Below, piece by piece: positions 38,350-50,200 of a stretch of 64,000 nucleotides of DNA. The notes beneath the pieces were generated by a model, which was not told where the DNA came from, did not search any database, and was given only the letters and a program-made list of their open reading frames with translations. The number at the start of each line of letters is the position of its first letter. Position 1 is the first letter of the stretch. Source of the stretch: Macrostomum lignano (lineage: Eukaryota); the NCBI GenBank assembly GCA_002269645.1, contig NIVC01000127.1, forward strand, positions 558,001 through 622,000, given 5' to 3'. The position numbers were made by a program, and so were the translations under genes.

Positions 38350-39850
38350 GAGAGTTACAGATTTAACTGGCGACTGAAAAATAAAATATTTAATTTGTTA
38401 AAAATGACAATACAGCAAATTCAGAGCAGAAGGATCTGAACAGGCAGTAGGATACACACGTGAGCTCCTCAGAAAACCGGAATTCGCTCGTGTGCGGAGC
38501 CATGTTTTGAGTTGAATTCTTGAGATCGGCTTGCAGGCCACCACGAGTGCGTATCACTGTTCCAAGAAACATGAATCCTATTTCTCGGTACAAGTGATTG
38601 GCCAGCGCAAGACTCGAGAAGAATCTGTCACATTGATGCTGTACCAGTGTCCTCTGAATGGATCAGCCATAGTGGCAAACAACTTGCCTACCACTCCACA
38701 TCTCTGAGCCCTTGGCCAGCCTAGCATCGGATTCCTGATTCCTGTGATACAAAAGTAGTGGATAGCAGTGTTCCTTTGCCAGTGCAGATTTCTGCATTGA
38801 ACTCATAGCGGATGTCCATGTCATCCTGAATCTCTGGATTTCCAGCCGATGTCAGCAGGAACAGCTTGGCACCATTGCGACCCTTGGGGGCCAAGCCCGG
38901 ATCCCGCTGCTGTTTTCGAGAACTGCACCGCGGTGTTGAACTTCCTGGGGAAGGCGGGCGCGATCTGACGCCCGGTGCCATGGGCCCTGGCCCGAGCGCG
39001 CCCGAATGGAAGAAGAAGAAGAAGAAGATCGGGCTTCTCCTTCAGAAAGACCGTGAAGTCACAGTTCACACCCCAGTAGACAACCAGAGTTTCGTCGACG
39101 CAGAGGTACGGCCCGGAAAGGACAGGATGGCGCAGCTGACTGACAAAGGTGTCCCACAGGCGTCGGATGCCGTAGAGCTTGTCCGTTGTGGCAGTCCGCT
39201 GACGATGTTTGGCAGTTTCGAATTTAATATGCTGCAAAAGCATTGTATAATACGCAGACATGCCTGGTTTGGAGCCTTGATAGAAAAAGCACGATGTTGG
39301 GGATCGTCAGGGCCGCAAGGTGGCACTCCGTTGAAGGTCCCGAAGGTCGCCTGTATGTCTACAGGTCAGCCTAGAGGGTCGCCATCGTACATTTCATTCA
39401 CTGATTATGTCTACTGACTGAATGCTGCATGCAGAAGAGGATTCTTCCATTTCAGTTTTGGGAACGCAGCCGTCTCTGAGATGCCGATCGGGTGCTTTTG
39501 TTGAAGGTCCCGACGGTCGCCGCCGTTGCTCCAGACGGAGATGAAGGGGACCCTGGTGCCTGGGACCCTGAGAACAAAGGCCTCCATGACAGATGGACCC
39601 AAATTATTGAGCCAATATGGATTTACCATTAAGGTTTATACAGTGTAGTGTTGGTTGTCCTTGCCACCAGTGTCTTCGACAAGAATCGTTGAATATCTCG
39701 ACGATGCTGACGTCGGATGACTTTGAAAGTTGGTTCGTCGGAAAGGGCGGAAAATTTTGATCCATATGGTGGACTTTTACGAAAATCGGTTATTCGGTTT
39801 GCGAGCTTTCGTGAAATGGGTCGTGTGTATTTGTAATACACTCCCGTGGT
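38350..39850 (-). mobile_element. Decayed piggyBac-family transposase, different from the villin-intron element
   Basis: DKLYGIRRLWDTFV...LCVDETLVVYWG (first catalytic D), EFNAEICTGKG, CDRFFSSLALANHL...FLGTV (second D); frameshifted and 3'-truncated. Confidence 0.8.
38850..39028 (+). mobile_element. Probable 5'-truncated LINE 3' end with (GAA)n tail, inserted in the decayed piggyBac
   Basis: GC-rich insert interrupts the KP..YG.K-equivalent motif; encodes ...AVFENCTAVLNFLGKAGAI* (TGA 38966-38968), short 3'UTR, then (GAA)6; no clear TSD. Confidence 0.45.
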
Positions 39851-40338
39851 CTTTCCCCATGGGGAAAATAGCGTGGTCTTTCTACTGTTAAGAGTCGTCA
39901 TAACAACCGAAATGAGTGCGTCTGGAGTGTCCACGCGGGAATTAAAGGTTACGATTTGGTACAAGCCATTCCGCTTTTCGAGAGCAGTGCTCAGACTGCT
40001 GCTGCAACAGAGATACAAAGGCTGGCTTCTTCTGACCCGTTTCATTTTCATTTTAATAACAAGTTTTGAAGGGTCCTAATAATAGCGCGCGGTTAGACTG
40101 GTTCGCGATTAGCTTATGGTAATATGAGATCAAACGTACTTGTAGTATATTTTTATGGTATCTGCATCGTTGTTATCAATATAAATAAAGCTGAAACCTT
40201 TGGTCACTGATTTGTTCACAGAGCGACGGAAGTCTTCTTTTTGGCTATAGATATTATTTTTAAAAATCAATATCCTGCCTCGTGCCTAACTAGAAACAAC
40301 TCATTTCTTGCATATGTATCCCACTTTGCCTGTACGCC

Positions 40339-40635
40339 TTGTCTATGTCGCTAGCGGAGATTCTCACTAAGTAGCCTCTGCTGCCATAGACAATAAAATT
40401 AACGCCTTGAGCCAGAGTGAGGTTGATTGAACACTTTTTTCTACCATAGACAAAACGTGTCCCGCGAATACAGGGAGCGGAGAATACTCATAATCTCCGC
40501 GAATCTAATCAATATTCTCCGCTCCTTGCATTCGTGGGATACATTTCAATAACCAACTGAAACGAGGAGAATGTATGGCTCGGCTTCGCCAGCTCGGAGA
40601 CTCTGCATGGACATTCTCCTCGTTTCAGTAGGTTA
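40339..40635. mobile_element. Cluster of three unrelated short palindromic MITE-like hairpins (40339-40393, 40460-40539, 40550-40635)
   Basis: TTGTCTATG...CATAGACAA; TCCCGCGAATACAGGGAGCGGAGAATA...TATTCTCCGCTCCTTGCATTCGTGGGA; TAACCAACTGAAACGAGGAGAATGT...ACATTCTCCTCGTTTCAGTAGGTTA. Confidence 0.75.
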
Positions 40636-40886
40636 TTATATATTGAATATGTTAGCAATTTCACATACAAGTGATTAAGTTTTCCGTGTATGTTAGTAAA
40701 TTAGATTGGATTGACTGTACATTAAAAAACCAAAATGCCACTCAAAAATGATACAATTGGTACAAACAAATTTTTAAGGTAAAACTGAAATTTTAATCTC
40801 AGACCTATTGTATTTTATGTTGCTTTTTCATACTAAAGTTACTTAATCGGCAACTAGTTCATAGTATCGATCTCTATCTTCTCGCC

Positions 40887-42206
40887 TCAATTCTTCACCG
40901 ACAGAGTGCTGTAAATAGCATTAATCACACCCTTTGGCTCATTAACTGGCACAGTGTACACCGGTCCGCCGTCAGAAAATGTCAGCGTCTCCAAGACGCC
41001 ACCATGAGAGGTAGTAGAGTCCGGGACGCGACACACAAACGGGTAGGTCAGAGCGAGTTCCTTGCAGTCGATTGACACCGACTCAACCTTTGGATAGCGC
41101 TCAAACTTGTGGGAATAGTGCAGGCTGATGCATGCGTTCGAAAGCTTAATCGAGTAGGATAGAAATTTGAGCGCATCTCTGGGCGAGTCGATCCAGCGGC
41201 CCATGAACGGCCTCTTATGCAGCGGGAAGGTCACAGTCTCTGGGTAGCGGTACTTCTTCCCAAAAGAGCCGAGCAAGTCAACAACCCAGCCGTCCTTCAG
41301 CTCGTAGAATGACAGGTCAATGAAGGGCCAGCAGCCGTGCCTGGCCACGTTAAGACAATGTGACTTGCTGGACACTTTCCATCGACCAGCTTGCCTTAGG
41401 CGAAGGTCCGGGTGCCTGTTGATGTTGATTTTTTGTCTTTTGTAAGTAAAAATAAAGCACATGAAAAATACGAGTAATTAATTAAGTTTTGCACAAATTC
41501 ATTTTTGGGACGCCTCAGAGAGAAATTCATTTTTGGGACGCCTCAGAGAGAAATTCATTTTTGAGACAGCTTAAGGAAAAACTGGAGCCAGAGTCGTGGC
41601 TATTTGCCTCGACTTGTGGCGAAAAGGTGAGACGACTTGACTACCAACAGTCTAATGTGGCGGGAACGCTAATAGTTGCTCGCAATGTCGATGCAGACTC
41701 ACCCTTTCAGTGCTTCAATAAGTCTGCGCTTGTCGGCCTCCCTCATCAGCATGTCTACACCGTCATCCCATGTAATGACGCCATGATGCCGGTACGAGCC
41801 TAGAAGTGTACCTCCATACAGCATCACCTGGATGTTGTGCTGTTTGCACAGGTCCAAAAACGCCCACAGCAGCTTGACAGTTGCTCGCAGTTCAGTCGCA
41901 TTGATCTGCGGATCGAACAGGTCTCCTCGAGGCGGCGACCTAGCGCCCAGCATTCGAATGTAGAACTCAGAGGAAGGCAGCTGCGGCAGCTCAGCTGGCT
42001 GAGTGGTGTTCTCCGTGTTTTTCCTGCTGAAGCCTTGGTGCATTGTGGGACATTCATTATCGCTAACCGATTCCAGTGACTTTTTCGCCTGTGCGCTCAA
42101 GTAATCAAAATATAGGTAGCTTCGCAGATATTGTACAGAACGTTGCTAACAGGAAATACCCTAAAATCCACTGAGCTGCAGTGCGTCTATTCAGCAACCG
42201 AGGCAT
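40887..42206 (-). pseudogene. LicD/fukutin-FKRP-family type II membrane phosphotransferase, probably inactivated; exons 42206-41703 and 41415-40887
   Basis: GGTLLGSYRHHGVITWDDGVD; WPFIDLSFY, FPLHKRPF, C..L...YPFV; GG|GTGAGT donor and CAG acceptor in phase 2; signal anchor WILGYFLLATFCTISA..YLYFDYL broken by a 1-nt frameshift near 42121. Confidence 0.8.
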
Positions 42207-43565
42207 TTTGATGATGAGCTCCACTTTGCAGAAAAATGTTTACGGTAACATGGCTTCGGTATGCAAGTGTTCACTGTAGCTCATAGCTCGTATGCACGAA
42301 CCTGTTTCTTGTAGTCTTTCGCTTGCTTGCATGCCTTTCGTTTACGTCTGCAGTTCATGAAACTGCTGCAAATCAATGTTATCTCTGTACCTTGCGACCA
42401 ATCAAAATTGAGCTTTAGATAAAAACGATGAAGTGCCATAAAAGTCTAAGCCTTTTAAAAGTCAATTACCGATGCGACCCCCCGTGACTCATGGACGGCC
42501 CCTGATTATCTCTTAGCTCCGTCGGAAACTGCGTACATTGTGCCAACTGTATGCTAATATAGTACATTTCGCACTTGGCGCAATCACCTCCTAGCAAGGC
42601 AACGTGGTGACTCCAGCGACATCAGGACGACCACCAAGGACAGTCAAGGTATCGCGAGTCAGACTTGGAGTCACACTGTGCAAGGTCACACGAAACAAAG
42701 TTGCAATCGATAACGATAAGAATATCAAGAGCCCTGATAAAAACGCAAGTCAGTGTAACTCATGCGGCCCAGATCGGGAGGCTAATGATAAGGAACTACT
42801 GAAGGAGTTGGTGGCAACAGAAGCCCAGGCACCTAGCCGCAGGCTGCACTAAGCAAAATCAGTCATTTCTACTGTCAAATTTTTGCCGCCCATTTCTTCT
42901 GGCAAATGTAAATTGCCAATGGCAATAATTGGCAATAATGTACATTAGCCAGTCCACTGAAAAGTAGATGGCAGCTTTAGGCTGGAATTCCGAGAAAGGC
43001 AATAAAAATTGGGGCGGGGCGGGGGAGGGAGTAGTGTGGAAAGGCGCGGTTGGAGGGTTCAAGCTGGGGGTTAAGAGCCAATAAATGAGCCTTGGCTTTG
43101 AAAATAAATCAAAATGCTTCTGTTTAACTTACTACTGAACTGGAAGTAGTTTACACGCAAATGTGCTGAGTGGCCCGTCTTGTTATTCTAGTATCTGTTG
43201 TCAGTGCCAGCAGGTGCAGCTCGTCGGTCATGTAACAAGTACTATAATAGTCTAGCATTTAATAAAGGGAGAGTAACAGGATAGAAAGAATATAGAGCAG
43301 CACCTGCGGACACACGTATTACAGATAGGGCTCTGTGCAACAGCTTTTGATTCGGCAGATTTCGTATTATTCCAGCCGTCACACAGGACATTGTGCGTCA
43401 CTGCATGTCAACAATAACTGGGCGCGAGAGCAACAAATGCCTAAGCTGCTTAAGATCAGCGTATATTGTACTGACAAGAAATAAAACAACAACAAAAACA
43501 AAAAACAAACATATAAACAAGAATTACAAAACAACAAGACAAAACAATATGAATTATTTACTCAA

Positions 43566-43790
43566 GGACTACACAAGTAGTAGGACGGGAAACCTCGTTT
43601 CTTGGAAAATTTCAAGAAGCAGGTTTTTCCGGAAAAAACGAAGACCGTCTACGGAGATCGTAAGTTTTTATTTTTGGCACAAAAATTGTTATTGCTTTTG
43701 ATACGAAGCGACGACGTAAGAGGCAGACCCAATGTTCATATTTTGATATGTTTTGTCTTTCTTAAGGATTCTATGTTAATTTCTTATTCT
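43566..43790 (+). mobile_element. One end of the same TIR family as 53445-54110 (Kolobok-like?)
   Basis: TCAA|GGACTAC...TTTCTTGGAAAATTT...GGCACAAAAATTGTTATTGCTTT aligns with both TIRs of 53445-54110; other end not found. Confidence 0.55.
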
Positions 43791-44397
43791 ACGTACATTG
43801 CCAGGGGCGAGAACCCTGTCGAAAGGTTAGCAACTAAAAGTACGACTTGATTGTCGCTGTGACCAGGAGAGCTGTGACAGTACTGAGCATATTTCGCGAT
43901 GTCTTCTTCGCGACTACTGTCGTATGCTTCGATCATTTGTGTACGAGCACACTTCTGGCAACAATTTATGGTAAGGGTCTTGAACGGGTTCAGCGTGAAC
44001 CGTAACATTGCCATTTATGCGCCCCGGGCGAGCGGGAAATTACATGGCCAGAATGGAAAGTTTCTTAAATTGAAGTCAATAAATTATTTTTTTATAATTA
44101 GAGGCAATGGGCTGTGCACCCTGGCGCACTTTGAGCGACATTGCCCGAAATATTTGTTCATGGCAATGACCTCCGGACAATGACCGGCCATTTTCTGGAG
44201 GTAAAAAAACAAGACTGGACAACAATACCATAGGCGAAAAAAGTAACACGAAGCGTGAAATTCTTATATTTATTGAAGTCCAACAAAAAATGTTCCAACA
44301 ATAACACTGCTTAGTCAATTGAGTGCAAGTCTAACCTATGGTCATGTTCTCATCACGACAGCAGGAGAAAGTCCAGAAAATACGACGGTTGAGTCCA

Positions 44398-45854
44398 TTA
44401 CTCAAATTTGCAACCATTGAATGAACAGTTGTGGAAACTGTACCTGACCGACGGATTGTCATGACTGATGCCGGTGATCTGCACGGAAGACGACACAGGT
44501 ACTGGCACCGGTGAACTCTCACGCAATGGAGTCGCAACAGCTTGTGAAGAACCATTCAAATCAAGTGCCATAGAAACAGCCTCACTGGTAGACTGCAGCG
44601 AGCGATCACGGCGCTTGGACAGGTAACGGCGAGTTGTCCTCTCAGAAACCTGACCGGTTATCGACATGCTGTCAGCCAGGTTGTACCCAGCAGCCTCTAG
44701 ATCAGCAATCCTGCTCACTCTACAACAGAAATAAAGTATTGCATAGAAAATATGCAACTGGTTTAAAGCAATATGAAGAAAAAGGCTTACCGAATGCAAT
44801 GATTCGTGTACATCTTGGACAAACCGGCCTTCTCGCTCAAGTTTCGCATGAAACGCAGGAAGTAGTTCTCCCCGCGATTCTGCTTTGTTGAGAACATAGG
44901 CTGTCCATTGGAATCCGTGTTGGATAGTGGACGCGGGAACAGATGGTTGTCCTTGGTTGTTGGAGGTAGCAGTTGTAGATATCTCCTCACTTTGGCCGTG
45001 TCGTAGATCCGAGCTTGTTTGTTGTCCGGCCTGGCCTTCGCCTTCACAGGATCGGCTGACTTATTCTTCGTTGGCAGAGCAGGAAGACAGTAGTACTCCT
45101 TGCCGTCAGAATCCGTGTGCAATTCAAGCGAGTCCCTTTGTCTCAGGAACTTCAGATGCTCCTGGCCACGCTCTCCAAAGGAGTAAAGAACATAGAACAG
45201 AAATTTAGCCTGCTCGATTTCAGCCGTAGTCCCTTCAAAGTAGCACCGCAACTTCTGCATGTCGCCTTCTTCAATTGGTTCATACTGCCTGGTGCAGCCA
45301 CCATCTCGATGGAAATCACGAACCTTGACACGCAGCATCTCGTTGCAGGAATTGAATTCCTCACCACCGATTATATCGACAGGCAGCTTCAGAACCATGC
45401 GTAGGAAACGCTGAATTCCAGCCCGGATACAGATGAGAGAGGCCGGCGAGTAGAACGAGCCATCCTGTTTCTTCAGCTTGAAGTAGAAGTACCGAAGATA
45501 TTGGTTCAATGTAGGATTGTTGACATGCTGAATGTTGCGCAGATTCTCCCCTTCCAGGAAGTCTCGAAAACGTTGGCCATGCTGGTACATCTGCTTCCAA
45601 GTATCCTCAGGCAGACTCTCGATCTCGATTCTGTCCATCTCGGAAACGTCTATCTTTTCATCTCCATCGATCATTGGCAGCCCAGTATCAGCTGGACCAT
45701 TTTGGACATACTTCAGGAACGCATCGAAATCTTCGTCGTGCCGATCAACGGCAGAGGATTCCGAGAGGAAGTTCAGTTCATCCTGCGTGATGTTGCCGAG
45801 GTCCTCACACGGGAGGTTACCCCAATTAATATAATGTATTATCGGGTCGCTCAT
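44398..45854 (-). CDS. Crypton-type (DUF3504) tyrosine recombinase, 461 aa; exons 45854-44791 and 44719-44398, 71-bp GT-AG intron
   Basis: LRYFYFKLKKQDGSFYSPASL..IRAGIQRFL; FGERGQEH (R); PTKN (K); LFPRP; AGLSKMYTNHCIR (HxxR) spliced to VSRIADLEAAG....MSITGQ.SERTTRRY (Y); C-terminal FHNCSF motif; AATAAA on - strand at 44269-44274. Confidence 0.88.
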
Positions 45855-46095
45855 GATGGACAGAAAACTCTTGAATCAACAGGTTTGGACAGACTACTTA
45901 CTGCCTGGGAATCCCTCACACAAACCCCTTCACCCCCACTGAAAGTTTTGCCATAGACATTTCAACCCTCCATTCAATCAATAGGATTGTCATTGCCATG
46001 AACTCTCCACGCCTTTTGGCTTTCGTGCCATAGACGTTTGTGCCTCCTCCTTCTGGGCCACTTCGATTCGTGCCATAGATATTTCCTGCAATGAA

Positions 46096-46197
46096 GTTAA
46101 CTGGAAGAGAGAACTCCAGGCAACGGCCAAAGCCACGAGCGGCGCTAGCCGCGAGTGGAAATTTGGCCGTTGCCTGGAGTTCTCTCTTCCAGTTAAC
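46096..46197. repeat. 102-bp hairpin with perfect 36-bp arms; palindromic MITE with TTAA-containing ends
   Basis: GTTAACTGGAAGAGAGAACTCCAGGCAACGGCCAAA (46096-46131) and exact reverse complement (46162-46197); spacer partly self-complementary. Confidence 0.9.
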
Positions 46198-47269
46198 CCC
46201 CCATTGTCAAGAAATGAAGTACACAAAGCCTATGTTGCATTTTTCTCGCCTTGAATGCACTTTATTTCAGTAGACACACGTGCTATAGGATACAATAATA
46301 CTCTGTGGAACTAACGTTATCACGTGCGTATATGTACATGCATCAGATATTGGCCCATCACTTTTATACACAGGTTAGGTGCACGCGTTGGGGCGGCCTG
46401 AGCTGCAAAAACTGCTCGCAAAAGAAAGACTGATTGAAAATGAGAGAGTTGTAAATCGAATGATATACTGCTAAAATTGATTATTATAAGTACAGTCACA
46501 GATGCAGTCACAGAGGCTCGCATACAACTGCAGATCCCAATGCTGTACATGCAAATGCGCTGCAATCTTATTCTTGCCTATACATATAGGAGCGCATGAG
46601 GGAATTGCTGCACTTTTATTGGGATTGAAGAGAAAATCGCCCGACTCCCGGACATGCTGCTTTGGCAGGTTTGGGATCAACTATTGGAGAAGGTGCAGGG
46701 ATCAGCTGTACATGCATGCATAACAATTGCCTCCCATGGGTCTGCAGAGAATGTATGGGCACTGCAGTATGCGGTGGTAGCGTTTCGCTTTAGCTTGCGT
46801 GCGAGTCAAAAAACCCGAAAATCCAGGGCAAGCCTCATAAAACAGTTCCTCAGCTGTTCTTCCTGTCCGAGAGCAACCCCTCGCCCTTTTAATTCCTAAT
46901 CGCTCCGCTTGAGAGCGAAATATGCGTACAATGCGCATACAGAGGGGGGTTACACTTCGAGGTCGGCTTGCTGCTTCCAGCGCTTAGCCAATGACGGAAC
47001 AGTGGTTGTTCTCATTTCTGCTTCTTGTTGGGCGCCTATAAATCCAATGCGCCGGGAAGGGCAGATATATATGTAAGACAGAAAGTTGGGGCGAAGCCGA
47101 GACGACTGCAGCAGAAGACAAGTTCTCTTCCCCGAGCCAATGTCTATTGGCAGACCGCTGCGCTCAGCGCATCCGTCGCTTAACTAAGTTTAGTAATCGG
47201 AATTATTAAGTTTTAGTTCACTATTGTGCAGTTTTGGCCTGCACTGCCTCTAACAGAAGAAACTGCAGC

Positions 47270-50200
47270 ATGATTTCTCAGCAAGCCGGCGGCTTCACGC
47301 AGCGCAACAGGCACTGCTGCGCTGGCATGGACGACAACATCTTCAGGGACAAGTGAGTGAAAATGCGAGCCTGCCTATCGATTTGGCTGCTGAGTTTGGG
47401 GCAACTCCTATATCGGATGAAGAAGGAGAGGACTGCTTAATCTAGACAATGCATAGATGAAGGAATAGAATGGATTGCTAATCTATTCAATGCATAGATG
47501 AAGGAATAGAATGGATTGCTAATCTATCCAATGTATAGATGAAGGAATAGAATGGATTGCTAATCTATTCAATGCATAGATGAAGGAATAGAATGGATTG
47601 CTAATCTATTCAATGCACAGATGAAGGAATATAATGGATTGCTAATCTATCCAATGTATAGATGAAGGAATATAATGGATTGCTGATCTATTCAATGCAT
47701 AGATAAAGGAATAGAATGGATTGCTGATCTATTCAATGCATAGATGAAGGAATATAATGGATTGCTAATCTATCCAATGCATAGATGAAGGAATAGAATG
47801 GATTGCTAATCTATTCAATGCATAGATGAAGGAATAGAATGGATTGCTAATCTATTCAATGCATAGATGAAGGAATAGAATGGATTGCTAATCTATTCAA
47901 TGCATAGATGAAGGAATAGAATGGATTGCTAATCTATCCAATGCATAGATGAAGGAATAGAATGGATTGCTAATCTATTCAATGCATAGATGAAGGAATA
48001 GAATGGATTGCTAATATATCAAATGCATGGATGAAATAATAGAATGGATTGCTAATCTATTCAATGCATAGATGAAGGAATAGAATGGATTGCTAATCTA
48101 TTCAATGCATAGATGAAGGAATAGAATGGATTGCTAATCTATCAAATGCATAGATGAAGGAATAGAATGGATTGCTAATCTATCCAATGCATAGATGAAA
48201 TAATAGAATGGATTGCTAATCTATCCAATGCATAGATGAAGGAATATAATGGATTGCTAATCTATCCAATGCATAGATGAAGGAATATAATAGATTGCTA
48301 ATCGAGTCAACATGAAAAAAAATAAAATAGATAGCTAACTTTGAAAGGCATAGAAATAAATCACTCAAATTTTGTCGCTCTAAAACCTTCTGTTTCTTTG
48401 CTTTGAGTTTCACAATTGTCATAAATCTTACAGTAGTCAATATCAGTAGACGGTTACTGCCAGGCCCAGATTTAGGGTTGGATTTTTGTGCAGTTTAATT
48501 CGCCTCCAATGTGGTTCTTCGCACAGGCTTTTCTTATCTGCTACTGGGGGACGACTTTGTCTGGCTGCGAGACAAATTGTTGCAAATTGGAATGGGATGA
48601 AATATGACTATTGGCAGAGTTCAAAAAAAGGTTTCTCAGGCTACTGATGCCCCCAAGAGTGCAGACAGTGTACATGCCTTACGATTAAGGGGTCCGCTGT
48701 CGCCTTGAAAACTCTCCACTCTCTCCTCACCAGCCTTACACTAGGAGCCTGGTGCCGCAACTTGCATCACCCACACAGTTGAGACCAGAACCGCGGTTTA
48801 AATGGCGTCACTTGTGGCTGAGCTCTGACTAAAGCTGACCACTGGCTTCGGGGGTAAAAACGTGTTGCTGATTTCCCTATAAACAGTCGCTAATATTTTC
48901 CATACAGCGCGTCCGAAACCTCGGCCGGCAGCCTGCGGAGCCGCCTGCCGCTGGACTCCACCGGCACGTCAGTCAGCCGGCCTTCGTCCTCGTCGTACCA
49001 GTCGGAGCGATCGGCGGAGAGCCCCGTGCGACGGCCGCCGCCCCTTGGCGGGCAGCGCAAGCAGCTGACGGCTCTGGCACTGGCACCACAGCCGCAGCAG
49101 CAGCAGCAGCCTCAGCAACAGCAGCAGCATAGAGTGGCAGAGTTTCAGTTCGGTATGTTTTGGAACCATTTATGACTATATGGGTGCTCAGCTCGGGTCT
49201 TTAATTTCATTTTTATGCTCAAAACGTGTCAAGAAGTCCATATAAAAATATCGAAATCTTATTCTAAATCGATCGCATCGAAACCGCCCACCCACAGATG
49301 AGTCCGAGTACGACATCGTGCATAGCAACGCGGTGGAGACCACCGAGATGACGCCCTTTTATCCGCAGCCCCGACTGCGTCTCTCCCGACGCAGTGCCGG
49401 CGGCGGCGGCGGCAGCAGCGGCGTCTGCGCTGACTGCGGAGACGACTGCGAGTGCGACAGCTGCTCGCTGATCTCCTCCACTGGAGCTGCCAGCTGCCGG
49501 TCGCGAAAGAGCCGCAAATCCTCCATCGCGTCAACTTCGAGAGCTCGGCGCGAGATGCGCAAGTCAGCGGCCGCAGCGGCAGCGGCCGGATCAGAGGCTG
49601 CTCATTCAGGGGTCGTCGGCATGACGGTCGCTTCGGCAGCGACGGCCTCTTCTGACGTTGCTTCACCACCAGCTGCGAACCTCTTCTCCAACATCCGCGG
49701 CCTCTTCACCAAGTGGCTCCGCGAGACCAAAGCCTCCTCTGCCGCGGCTGCAACGACAGCCAGTTCCGCTGAAGGTCACAACGGTGTCGCAAACGGCGCC
49801 TGCGGCGGGGCCGGTAGGGGCGGAAAGGCGCAGTACTTGAACATCGCCTGCCCGCAGTTCCCGCAGGAGTGCAGCAACTCGGACCTGCAGCACGCGCACA
49901 ATGTCATGAACATGAGCAGCAGCTTTGACAGCGACTATCTGCTGCACTGCTACACCAGCCCGTCGGCCTGCTCGTCCGCCGCCTCCGATCTGCCATCGAC
50001 GCCGTGCCGCACCGAGGACGGCGACGCTGCCGGGGCCTTCACCATCGGCGGTGGAAGCGGCTGCGCCAGTGGAAGCAGCAACGGCTTCGGCACCTTCGAC
50101 AGCGGCCGCGACGGTGGAGCCTCCTCGTCCATTGTTGACGGATTCGTCAACTGGGGCGTCCAGCTCGACTACGACCTGCTGCAGCGGAGGAACCCGCGTC

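Noticed and set aside
42604-42852. TGGTGACTCCAGCG as tRNA-Trp-like PBS followed by a gag start
   Set aside because: Several mismatches to a PBS, no definable LTR or gag motif; left unannotated
43800-44330. Internal ORFs of the Kolobok-like end as a THAP/transposase remnant
   Set aside because: No convincing C2CH or DDE motif in any frame
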